Source of the DNA: Lama glama
Taxonomy: Eukaryota
Assembly: GCA_028534125.1 (NCBI GenBank)
Contig: CM052817.1
Span: 68,202,001 to 68,266,000 of the forward strand
DNA length: 64,000 nt
Reading direction: 5' to 3'
The first letter of the stretch is position 1, and each line of letters starts with the position of its first letter. Shown one piece after another: positions 52,751 to 64,000 of the stretch. The notes under the pieces are model-generated. The model made no database searches. It saw only the letters and a program-made list of their open reading frames with translations, and was not told the origin of the DNA. The translations under genes and the position numbers were made by a program.

Positions 52751-54413
52751 TTAAACTTGTAATCCTTCTTATTATTACTGCTTTGCTGATGTATATATTT
52801 GCTATCTGTTGTTAATAGTATAAAAAGCTTTTGCATATAGTAGCTCATTGGAATTATTCCCAATTTTTATGTTGGAATTACATTTGGACAGACAGTTATT
52901 AATGTTTATAAGCACACCACTGCCTCCAGGTGACTCTCACCAGTTCTAGAGATGAAAATGTTCAGCTAAAAATTAAAATTAAATGAACCTGCATTTTAAA
53001 AATACCTAGCAGAGAATTTTCTCTAAACTGACCAAGAGAAGTTAATATCAGTTATAAATCTAAGGGTGGGAGGTTTTTTAATTGCAACAAACTTCTCATG
53101 TACTTAAACAGATGAGTTTCCTTCTGTTTTAGAATCTCAAAATACTGCTTCTTCAGTAATAATATGAATTTCCTATTTGGATAATATCAATATTCAGTGC
53201 AGAATGAATTTGTTGGTGTATTTTGTTGAAATTTATTAGTTTGGTAGGCTTAAGCTCATTGAACCTACCAGAATGAGAATGGTGAAACAAATGAAGTCAC
53301 AATGGCTCCATTATTCAAAAATCAATAGAAAAAGGTTTATGAATACTAGAGTTAGTGTTAAAAGAAGGCTGGCAGCAAAATTTCAGTTTTCTTGGATGCT
53401 AAGTCTGGGATGTGGCCTGTTTTGAGTTTGAGATTCTGGATTAGACTGAGCTAGTCATGGAATTCTGTCTTCTTCTCAGTTTGGTATGGGTGACTTGGAG
53501 TTTCAAGGCTACAGCTTTAGAAAGGTTTGAAAGAATGCCTTACTAGGTATTAGAGAATATAGTAAGAGCTGCCAGTCACTAAGAGCCTATTATGTACCAG
53601 GTAGATACTGCACTAGGTGACTGACATATTTTCTCTTTAAATTTTCATAACTTTGTAAGGTAGTTCTTATTAGCCTCATTTTACTAATAAAGAAACAGAG
53701 GCTGGGTAAAATGTTACTATACCTCAGTTTCCTTATTATAAAATGAAAATAAATAATTTCTATCTCAAAGGATCACAATTAATTATACACATATACCACT
53801 CAGAAAAGTACCTGGGACACTATAAATGTTCAAGATATGTTACAGATCACCACACTAGTAAGAGGTAAGCTGGGATTTAAAACAACTTGTCTGGTTCCAA
53901 AATGTATATTCTTTTTACATAAAGCTGCTTGGCCACTTTGTTATTATCACAACTGGAACTACATAGCTCTCATAGTTTATCCATACCTTCTTTTTTCCTT
54001 AAATTATCCTATCCACATTTAATATACTTCATTGCAAAATCTCTGTCCTTTTACTTCAATATTTTTTGCTCCTAAAACATTAGGGAATAATTACAAGTTA
54101 TGTTTCATTCAGCTGCTTAAAAAAAATCTGATAATAAAGAACTAGAAATTGAAATATATCTTTAACAAGTGGGTTTCCATACACATAAAGTAGTAGAACA
54201 GAATATCCCCCATTCCCAGCTAACTTTTCTATATAGTGTAACAGCTCTCTGAAAGCTTGAAGGAAGAAAAGAACACTATAAAATATAATTTCTTCATGCC
54301 ACAAGAAAATGATTATTTTGGCAAAGAGATTGTTTTGAGATCATCGAAATGTTAACACTGTTTTACTATAGGCTTTACAAAACTCCCTTCAAGCTTTTTA
54401 TTCAGATAGGTAC

Positions 54414-54569
54414 CTTTTGAGAAGGACGGTAACTTGAATCAATGCCCCGAGCCAAAGATTCATCCAGTAGTGCTTTCAACTTTTCAGCAGAATCCTTACT
54501 CTTTGAATGTAAGAAGCCTAGTGCTTTCAAAAAAATGGGATCAAGTTCCAAGTTCACAGTAGCAGCCAT
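54414..54569 (-). CDS. INTS12: INTS12 first coding exon (N-terminal domain); exon begins at 54578
   Basis: T-rich tract then ttcag|[68 protein letters not shown]|gtacct donor; the six exons total 1389 nt = 462 aa plus stop. Confidence 0.97.
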
Positions 54570-57500
54570 AGCAGACACCTGAATAAAAAAAAAAAAGAGG
54601 GGAAAGTAATTTACAGACAATGGTCAATAATCTATGTCAAAGTTCATCTATTTTGTTCCTTTGTTTATAATAGGTAATAGTCTGTACATGATAGAAAATT
54701 CCAAATGTTCTAAGGGTTATTACAGATATAAGTAAATTTCCTTCTTGTCCCTGACTGGTATTATCTATTACTTTTCTCCAGAAGCAAGAACATTATCAAT
54801 TTTCTTTGTATCCATATCCATGGCAAAATTTTAAATCCAGATAAGCACCTCCCTGCTACAGAGCCCCTTCCTAACACTGTTTTGAAATAACACGCTTACA
54901 ATTCAGCACACAGGAACTTAATCTGTTTTAAGTCAAGTTTACTACATACATATATCAAAAGCTCTTCTCTCAAACCTTTTATTTCCATTATATATATATA
55001 TATTAAAAAAAAAAAAGGTTGGGGGAAGGGTGTCACCAGAGGGCAACAGTCAGAGAATGCATTAAGCAATGAGCTATAAAGGTCACTGCTGAAGCTTTTA
55101 CATCAACTATCCTTTTTTTTTTCCTCCTTAGTTCTCATCCCCAATCTCGAATGCCTCAGAAAACATACTAACAATAATCTTACTGCATCACATTTAGATC
55201 TCACACATTAACCTACTTTGAAAAAGGTCTCTGACAAGTGGTGCCATACTATATACATATCTCCCACAGGGTCTATGATATTCAATGTGTCCCATGGAGC
55301 TTAAAAAATAGTGAAGATACACATCAAAGGCTTATGAAATTTTAAAACATTAAAAAGTTTTGTTTTCAGCTAATACCAATGCTGTCATATGGTTCTACTT
55401 CTGGTGTCACTTTTTCAAACACTTATTCAGGCAAGGAATAAAATACTTTATTTTATTAAAACAAAAATGTATACTTTGTATTCAATCCTTTGATCAGCAT
55501 TCTAGAGTTTGAAATTATCTTCTATCCTCAAGGTAAATATTATAAGAATGCAACGCACTTGCACTGCTAGAGTTAAGGATCTGTCACCAGTTCCACGTTA
55601 ATCTCTCATTTTCAGGGGTTTACAAAGCCATTGAAACTTGCTATAGGTTGAATCTTGGCATAAGAAAGCTCAGCTTGAAAATGGATTTTGTTTGTTCCTT
55701 CCCCATCTACTTCCCTCCTTAATCCCTCTCCAATTTTTATAGGAAACATACACACACACATACCCTACTAGGCTTTTAAAAAAGTTTTAAAGAAGGTATT
55801 AGGTATCTATCTGATAGCCACAAAATTACTGTCAAATTTCGTGCTCTACTCAATCACCCATGAGAAGGGGTCCAAAGGTCAATACTAAAAGAAAAATAAC
55901 CTACCTCAAACAGTTAATAAAAGTTGAGAAGCAACCTCTGTCACTTCTTAAGATTGTATTATTACAAACATCATCAAAAATAATGATAGGTACAGAAATG
56001 TATTTTTAAAAAATTTACTCATGAGGCTGGTCACCATTTACATTCTGAGGAGAAAAGAGCTCCTCATTAAAAGGTCCATGATGAAAAGGAGTAAGGCTGC
56101 CATGCCTCCTGAGTGCACAAGGGAAGACAGCCCAGTCTTTCTGCTCACCTAACTTTTTAAAGCTAAACAGCATAGCAGTTTACTTACAACAATCTGTATT
56201 ATGAGGTACTGAAAAGACTGACACTTAGAAGAATCCTTTTAATATATTAGAAAAAGCAAAGTATTTATTGTTACATATTTCCATAATCATAGATAAAAGG
56301 TTTACATTATAGATTAGGTAACAAGAGTCAGCACCTAGATTACAAGACTACAGATCATGTCATCAGCACCAACTAGGAGCCAGTTCTTTTTATATGAACT
56401 TGCAATTTATTTTTATAATGAATAGACTTTATACCCATGCCCTAAATTATTAACATGTCCCTCTAGCCAGTGGTCTTCCCAGTAGAATACAGAGAAAAAA
56501 ATATTAGAATTTCTTTTGATTTTTAATCTTTTAGTAAAAAAAAAATAAAGTGTACAGAATGATAGTAGTACATGCATACAATTGGTAACTAAATACACAC
56601 ATAAGCAAGTGTGCTCAATTTTTTCACTCATGGAATAAATGATGAGGGAAGTTTGGAGGCCAATGCTGTAGCCTATCTAGCAAATTCCAGTTTCCCTTTC
56701 CCTATTACATATGCATAGTGGCTGCTTTAAGATACAGATTACCTTCCACTTGAAAATCCCTCCAGTACTCCCATTCAGCTCAGCTCTTTCCCTTCCCCAC
56801 GTTAACTTCATTACTAGCTGCCCATCATCTTCTAGCCCCTACTCATTACCAACACATTCCTGTGTATTCCCCACTGTTTCCTCAAGCACTCCTTTTATCT
56901 CTTTACCTTTACTATTGCCCATTGGCCCCACAGACACCACCTCTTTTGCAACCTTCTCTCAAGTAGTGTTCCTTTGATTTGTTCCTACTGAAAGAGCAAA
57001 GAGAGGTCTACAGAGACCTCACTCCACATTGCTGCTTTTGGAATAATATTCCATAACCACCACTCATCAATATCTTTTCTTGAAATCCACACCTGCATTT
57101 TCACTGTTGCTCATGTACAGAACATTTGCACCAGTTCATCTTCTTCCTTTCTTCCTGCCATCATCTTTGGTAATTTTAACATCGTTAGTGATGATCTTCT
57201 CCAACTTCCTGCACCAGGTTTATTTAGATCTTCAATCCCAAGAAGCTTCATACTCAGTCACTGAAACTTGCAACCTGCCATAACTATTCTCCTCTTTGAC
57301 TACAATCAATTATCCTTATACACTACAGTCTTACATCACTCTATCTCTTCTACTGCTTTGACCCAGGAGCCTCTGCAGGCTTCCAAGTCAATTTTCTTTC
57401 TTTTAAAAAATTTCCTTACTCCTATTCATCTCTACTTTGAATTTATAGCAGCCTCCACTTTCTTGTTCCCTCTGCTTTGTCCTTATTGGCACCTGCTTAT

Positions 57501-57673
57501 CCCAACTTTTTTCCCTCACCCAACAGAAAACAGGAGTTGGGCCTAAAATAAAACACTCATGGTTATGGGCTTTACCCTTTATATTTTAGTTTCCCCCCTT
57601 ACGTTCCCTCCCCCTATTCTATCGCCTTCTCTAATTTCTATCACTTGTCCTTTCTTACTGGCAAACACACATA

Positions 57674-58656
57674 CAGTAAGTAGTCCCCCTTTACCTGTGG
57701 TTTCACTTTCTGACATTTTCATTACCCACAGTCAGAAAACACTAAACGGAAAATTTCAGAAGTAAACAATTATACGTGTTAAGTTGCACGCTGCTTTGTA
57801 TAGCATGATGAAATCTGTCGCTGGCCCAGTCTGTCCTGCTTAGGATATGAATCATCCCTTTGTCCAGTGAATCCCAACCATTAGTCAGTAGCCAGCGTGG
57901 ATATCAGGCTGTCAGGGTATCACAGTGCTAGTGTTCAGGTCACCCTTAGTTTGCTTAATAATGACCCCAAAGACCCAGAGTAGTGATGCAGGCAATTCAC
58001 ATATGGCAGAAAAACTGCAAAGTGCTTTCTCTAAACGAAAAGGTGAAAGTTCTCAACTTAGTAAGAAAAAAATTGGATGCTCATATGCTGAGGTTTCTAA
58101 GACCTATGGTAAGAATGAATCTTCTATTTGTGAAATTGTGAAGAAGGAAAAAGAAATTTGTGCTAGTTTTGCTGTCGCACCTCCACCTGCAAAAGTTATA
58201 GCCACAGTGCATGATAAGTGCTTAGTTCAACTGGAAAAGGCATTAAATCTGCAGGTGGAGGACATGAACAGAAAACGTGTTCCGATAGGTGGCAATGTGT
58301 TGGGCCAGAAAGCACAGATTCAGGAATAGTTTTAAACCAAAAATAGAAGAATTACTGGAGAGGCTGTGTCTGCCAATGAAGAAGCCACTGTCACATTTCT
58401 GGCAGAGTTGAAGAAGCTAAAGAGAGAGACCACGTTCATGTATCTTTTACTGTAGTATATTATTATAATTGTTCTAGTTTACTATTAGTTACTGTCGTTA
58501 ATCTTTCACTGTGCCTAATTTATTAATAAAACTTTATAAGATGTATGTATGTGTAGGGAAAAACACAGTATATGTAGTGTTTGATACTGTCAGTGGTTTC
58601 AGGTATCCACTGGGTGTCCTGGAACATATTCCCCATGGACAAGAGGGGTACTACTG
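57674..58656 (+). mobile_element. Tigger7/MER44-type DNA transposon with internal deletion
   Basis: Ends (TA)CAGTAAGTAGTCCCCCTTTACC / GGACAAGAGGGGTACTACTG; internal transposase N-terminus SYAEVSKTYGKNESSICEIVKKEKEICASFAVAP. Confidence 0.85.
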
Positions 58657-60043
58657 AATAGTGAAAGAAATTATTTTCCTTCTACTCAAGTTCTACAGAG
58701 GTCAGCAACTGTCATGTAAATCTGTCAATCTATCTTCCTTACTATTTCCAAAAATATTTTCCTGGAGTTATACCAAATCATGTTACTTCTGTATAATTCT
58801 TTCCTGTATATTCTAAAATCCATGACAAAAACAGACCATGAAAGATCCATATAATTCTTACTGTGGATTAGAATTCTAGAAAACCAAGCCCTAGGTGTAT
58901 GTAGATAGATATAAATATATACAAGAAATTTAATGCTTTAAACGTAGGTTTAACTTAAAATCTAGATGTTGCTTTAAAAAAAGAAGAATGTCAGAAAACT
59001 AATAATAATCTCTACTCTAAAAAATGTCAATGACCTAGGAAGGCGGTATTAGTGGTGTTGGTGGGAGAGAATTCTTAGCTTATGCCAGGTATTGCCTACA
59101 GCACATGCATATAAGTAACAGAAATTCACACTTATAAACAATGATCTTTTTTCTCCATCTCTTTTTATTCTTCATGGTCCAGGCTTTCAAAGACTCTCTT
59201 CTAAGGTCTTTAAGCACCCCTGCCACATAGTCCTATAGTTTCATCTATTTCATAGCCACCCTTCTTATTTACCTTCTCCCTGTCTGCACCCAAACTCTAA
59301 GTGCAGCTGAGAGGAATACAAACACTCTGTATCTTCAGAGTCACCAATCTCATCAAGGCACTCAATACAACTTAGCAATCCTATTGTCTCTCTGGTCAAC
59401 TCACTTTCTCACTTTCTGCGAAGACCAGTCATACCTTCTCCATTTGCCTTGAAATGCTTCTCTTTCTTAGTAGGCAGATCTACTTCACAGAGAAAACAGA
59501 AACTGTCAGGGAGGAACTAAATCAACTTCCTGCCACCACATCTACAAACTTACCTGTACCAATTCTTTCCTCTTCCGCACCTGTTAAATAATAGGGTGGC
59601 TCTCCATGTAATGCCACCTGTACCTGGAGCCTATCTCCCATGCTCTGAAACCTTAAGCTATGAATTACTCCTATGTCTCCTCCATACCCTCAAACCTCCC
59701 TCCCTAGCCTCTTTCTTTCTACTGCCTTCTTTTCATTGACATTTAAATATCTTCTATCCTGTTTTCTTTATTTTATAGCAAAACTTCCTAAGAAAGTTAC
59801 CTACATTTTATATTCCTTTTCTTCATTCCTTTCATTTATGCTGTACTTCCTGCAATTTGGCCTTGTCCCACCATTCCATGGAAATATTATCACCAAAGTA
59901 TACACAGCCTTAAGCAGGTAAATATAATAAATACTGTTTTTTCCTCCTACTTTCTCATTCTTTTTTGAAAGCTCCTCCTGTTCCTTTAAACAAAAATGAG
60001 TTCCTCAAGGTTAGGTTCTGAATATCTTCTTATTTCTCTCTAC

Positions 60044-60137
60044 ATCTTCTTAAAATGTGTCCTTTGGATCAGCAGCAATAGGCATTACCTGGGAACCTGT
60101 TAGAAATTCTAATTCTTGGTCTAGACAACCAGACCTA

Positions 60138-60177
<40 letters not shown>

Positions 60178-60249
60178 GGAGTGGGACCCAGAAATCTGTA
60201 TTAAATCTTTCAGGTGGTTCTGATCTACTCTAAAGTTTGAGAATTACTG
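60044..60249. mobile_element. MER5A-like hAT MITE
   Basis: ttcttaaaatgtgtcc...gatcagcagca...cattacctgggaacctgttagaaat...ccagacctact...gggacccagaaatctgta...aaagtttgagaattactg. Confidence 0.75.
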
Positions 60250-63200
60250 CCCTAGAAAATTTGAACTACACCCTTTTGCCAGTAATTATAAATTTCTCTC
60301 TTCATTCTCCAGCCCATGTGTCTCTTCTAATCTCCAACTACCAGCTTCACTTGGATATCTCACTGGTGCCTCCTATACAACATATCCCTAACAGAGCCAC
60401 TCATAAACTCTTCTCCCAACCAGTTCTTCCCCTAGTATTCCCTCTCAAATACTTTACTGCTCCAGCCAGAAACCTGAGACTTTCCACCCCACCTCCCATT
60501 CAATCACCAAACCTCTTAAGTATATTTCAAATTCACCTACCTTTTTCAATCCTTACAAGTACCACCCTAGACCAAGGTACCACCATCCATCTTTATCTGG
60601 CCTAAAGCTTAATCAGTCTCCCCACAACTACTCTTGTTCCCCTCCAAATCTTCTCTATCATTCACTTGCTTAAAACAGTCCTTTTCACTTCTTATTGTCC
60701 AAAGGTTAAAGAACAAGATTCTTAAAAGGTCTCTAATGCCCTACATGATCTAGTAATACATATAAAGCAGTTACAACAGTACCTGGCACAGAGTACAAAT
60801 GCTCATTACATGTCACCTAGTATCCCAAGCTACTCCCACTCTGTTGCAGCCCCATGACTTATTTCAAGTCTTTCAACATATACTCTTTTCTACCTCAGCT
60901 TTAATATAAAGTGTCCCTTGCCTCATCTTATTCATCCTTCCAGCCTCAGTTTTTTTCTGCACATTCCCCTAACAAAATAAGAAGTCTTCCAGTTACATAG
61001 TTCCAAACATACTGTACTTATTCATCATAGTTACTACACTGGTCATCATGTAAACAGGGTTTGTCTTTTTCACTAGAATGTACGTTCCATGAGGACCAGC
61101 ACTGGACTGACATTACCTACTGCTGTAATCTATCTGTCTAGGCAGACAGCGGGGACTCAGTAAATGCTGGCCAAGTGAGTACATGTTTTTCACTTTCTCA
61201 TTCAAAAACCTTTGTCCTGCACGAGTTCAAGAGTTCTGTTATACTCAGCTTTCCTGGGTTTCCGTTTCTATATTGGCTACTCTTTCTCTGGCTCATCTCA
61301 TCTCCATCACTCTTTATATTGACCAAATATCTGTCCTTGTCTATTTTCTTTAGTTCTGCTACCAATTTCTTCCTTGGTAATCTTATACATATCATGTTTT
61401 TAACTATCACCTGTGGGCAGATGATTTCGTATGTTTATCCCCATTCCAATCTCTCTTAAGCTCGAATCCCACGTTTCCAATTGCTTAGTAGACATGTCTA
61501 TCTGGTTGCCCTAATGGTATCTCAAATTCAATTATAACTGAAATTAAGATTATGAATATCTTCCCTTCAAAGCTCCTTGTCCTAAACTTTCTTTCAGTAA
61601 ATGACACACTCTCTATTTATCAGGTCTGAGGCCTAAATCTTTGCCCCAATGAGTCATCCTCAATTCCTTATATCTAAACAATCAGCAGCCCTTTCCTTTG
61701 AATTCTGACTCTGCTAAACATTTCTCATTTGTTCCTCATTTTCCATTTCCACTGGTACTACTCAGATTCAGTTCTCTATTAGCTTTTTGTACTATAGCGA
61801 TAATCTAGTTATTCTCCTTGACTTCAACACTGTTGCCATATTAATGTTCCTGCAACATGTCTTTCTCCCTTCCTTCCTTCCTTGTTTCTTCCCTCCTTCC
61901 CTCTTTCTTTCTTCCATTTTCCTCCTTAAAAATTAAGGTTCCCATTGCCTTCAAAATAAAGCCCAATTTCTTGGCCTAGCATTTAAAAAGATTCAGTAAC
62001 TGGCACAAAAATTTTAATTCTTCATCCCCAGATCTTCGTTAGAGCACAGCCATTAGCTAGCCTTGCTACTTCTACTCATTTTTTCTCTGTCTGGGAGGCT
62101 TTTTATTCATTCATATATTTCCAAATTCTATCAAGACCCAGCTCAAATACCACTTTCATGCGGACTCTACTCACAGCTAGTGTGTCCTTCCCCAACTGCC
62201 CCAGTACTACTAAAAATCTTGCCCCCTAGGATATCTCAAAGTGCTTTCTCATGGTACTGGAATTTCCTACCTTGAACCATACTTTTTTGGGGGCACATGT
62301 GTTATATTCTCTATAAAACTCTGAGTACTTTAAGGGGAGAGGCTAGCTTTCTTGCCTATCACTTTGCTATTTTGCAAAGTACCACAAAATAACGGCTATA
62401 GAATTACTAGAGATCAAAGTATAATGGCCTTTCCTCTCCTACACAATTTTAAACATTTCCAAAGTCCCTTCGCCAAAAGCAACAAAAAAGAAACTGAAAG
62501 CCATCCCACCCCGCCAAAATCCTCAAACATCAAAAAGCAAAAACAATACAAAACAAAAAAACACCGCTTTCATGACTGGGGACTTGTACAATGTTCCTAT
62601 CTGCAACTCTCTTCGCAATTCTTTATCTGACTTAAATTCAGTAATCCCACCAGATTGTAAACTCCATGCAATCAGGGGCTTGTTTTATTCACTGTTATAT
62701 ACCTAGTGCTCGGAATTTAATAAATTCTCAAAAAATTTGTTGAGAGAATGAAGTAGGTTTCGTTTAAATGTCACTTTCTAGGGCTCCTGTGATTTCTCCA
62801 ACTTAAATTAGGCATTCACATATAAATATATGCTTTCCTCTAGATCCCATTTCCCACCCTACATGCCAATCTTCTAAAAAGTCCAAAACTGACAATTTGC
62901 ATCTGTATGAGATGAAGGAAATTGAACCTCATCACGCAGAGTTCAGTATTAGGGTTGCCATCTCATAACGGCTCTAGAAAGCTTTGCCTCTTTTGTCTTT
63001 GCAAGCTCTTGCAACTCCTTCTAATAAACAGGCTTTCAAAGATGCTGCCCTTTTCATTCGTCCACTGAGTTCTGGGTCCTGGATTACACTGATACCTTAG
63101 GCACACGTCTGGAAACGTAGAGGCGGAAAGACCTTGAATCCAAACCAACCAAGTAATAGAGAATATGAAAATCAGCCGCAGCGGCTCAGAAAAGGAATGC

Positions 63201-63589
63201 CAATCTTCAGACTGAAGGCAGGACACCCCGAAGGCCTAGCACGGGGTAAGGTCCTTGACTTGTGAGCCCGAGAGAAGGTGAGGCAGAACGAGGGAGGTGT
63301 ACAGAAATGTCATCAAAACCTTCCGAGGAAGGTCCGAGACAGGGTTCCAAGGACCTGGTCCCTGGGGCCGTGCCCCTAGTCCGCGTGCCCCACACGCAAC
63401 ACCCTCACAATCCTCAGTGAAAGGGGAGAGTGTTCAGCCTGGGCACTCGACCACCTGCAAATTACGAGGTTCCCCTACAGGGAAGGAGGAAACTAAGACC
63501 TCACGGAACTAACTCTCCCACTTTGCCCCTCGAGAAGGCCTCGAGGCTCCCGGAGGCGGCTGGGAGCCGAGGAGCTCGTCTCAACTCAC

Positions 63590-63720
63590 CGCTCCGCCCG
63601 GGTGCTCCGTCGGTTCCCGGTAGCCAGACGAACCGGTCCTGCACCGGCGGGTTCCGACAGTGAGAAAACAAAGGTTCCCACATCAGGGTCGACGGAGGAA
63701 TCTTTTGGCTGTGCGACGCT
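63590..63720 (-). other. INTS12: INTS12 non-coding exon 1 (5' end approximate)
   Basis: Consensus minus-strand donor GCG|gtgagt (actcac on + at 63584-63589) within the CpG island, upstream of the INTS12 coding exons. Confidence 0.7.
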
Positions 63721-63739
63721 AGGAAGTGACGTAATTCCT

Positions 63740-63963
63740 CTCCTTCCGGTCCGCCGGATTATGAATGACGGACAGTTGTGCTGTTACCCTGATGCGCTGC
63801 CTGCTGTTTCTCTCCGGTCTCGTGGGCTGCGAATGGTCAGCGGGTGAAGACTCCCTGAAGCAGCCTCGCGAATCCCGGCTCCGGCGGGGCGGGAATGCGC
63901 TGGCGGCCCGTGTCGCCGACACACTCACGCACCCTCCCTGCCTGGCCGCGCCTCTGCGACCAG
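63740..63963 (+). other. GSTCD: GSTCD exon 1 (start approximate)
   Basis: Strong donor CAG|gtaagg at 63963/63964; identity rests on the known head-to-head INTS12-GSTCD synteny, since the known GSTCD CDS lies outside the window. Confidence 0.7.
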
Positions 63964-64000
63964 GTAAGGAGGGCGCTCGGGCCGCCGGTTCCGCAGTCTC

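Larger units (their letters stand above)
56690..62330 (+). mobile_element. Long fragmented L2 fossil(s) interrupted by younger elements
   Basis: C/T-rich strand with L2 motifs (cttcacagagaaaacagaaactgtcagggaggaact, cacttggatatct, ctcaaattcaat, gcttaaaac); boundaries approximate. Confidence 0.6.
63350..64000. promoter_or_regulatory. CpG island / bidirectional INTS12-GSTCD promoter
   Basis: Abrupt rise in GC and CpG density; GGAAGTGACGT (ETS-CRE) at 63722-63732, CTTCCGG (ETS) at 63743-63749, CTCGCGA near 63865, GGGGCGGG GC box at 63886-63893; splice donors point outward on both strands. Confidence 0.88.

Overview
This is AT-rich mammalian genomic DNA, very probably camelid (alpaca/llama/camel), inferred from four tRNA-Ala-derived Vic-1-like SINEs. 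It matches the conserved ARHGEF38-INTS12-GSTCD locus. On the + strand are the last nine coding exons of ARHGEF38 (end of DH domain, BAR, two SH3; 5674-33412). They splice with canonical GT-AG sites and matching phases into 552 codons plus stop, and the 5' part of the gene lies upstream of the window. On the - strand is the complete INTS12 gene (six coding exons, 54569 to 39875, 462 aa, PHD finger), convergent with ARHGEF38. The last ~650 bp are a CpG island holding the head-to-head INTS12/GSTCD promoter and GSTCD exon 1. Introns are mostly transposon fossils (L1, L2, MIR, MaLR/ERVL LTRs, Tigger2, Tigger7/MER44, MER5) and microsatellites. Nearly all other ORFs in the track are chance or shadow ORFs. 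I found no evidence of a new multi-gene biological system. The findings are modest, checkable oddities: an open 5'-exon ATG frame in GSTCD, a U1-like fragment, a MIR-MIR hairpin, a reopened transposase ORF, candidate cryptic exons and nested elements. Gene and repeat names come from my recall of known sequences, not from a database search, and repeat boundaries without TSD/TIR support are approximate.
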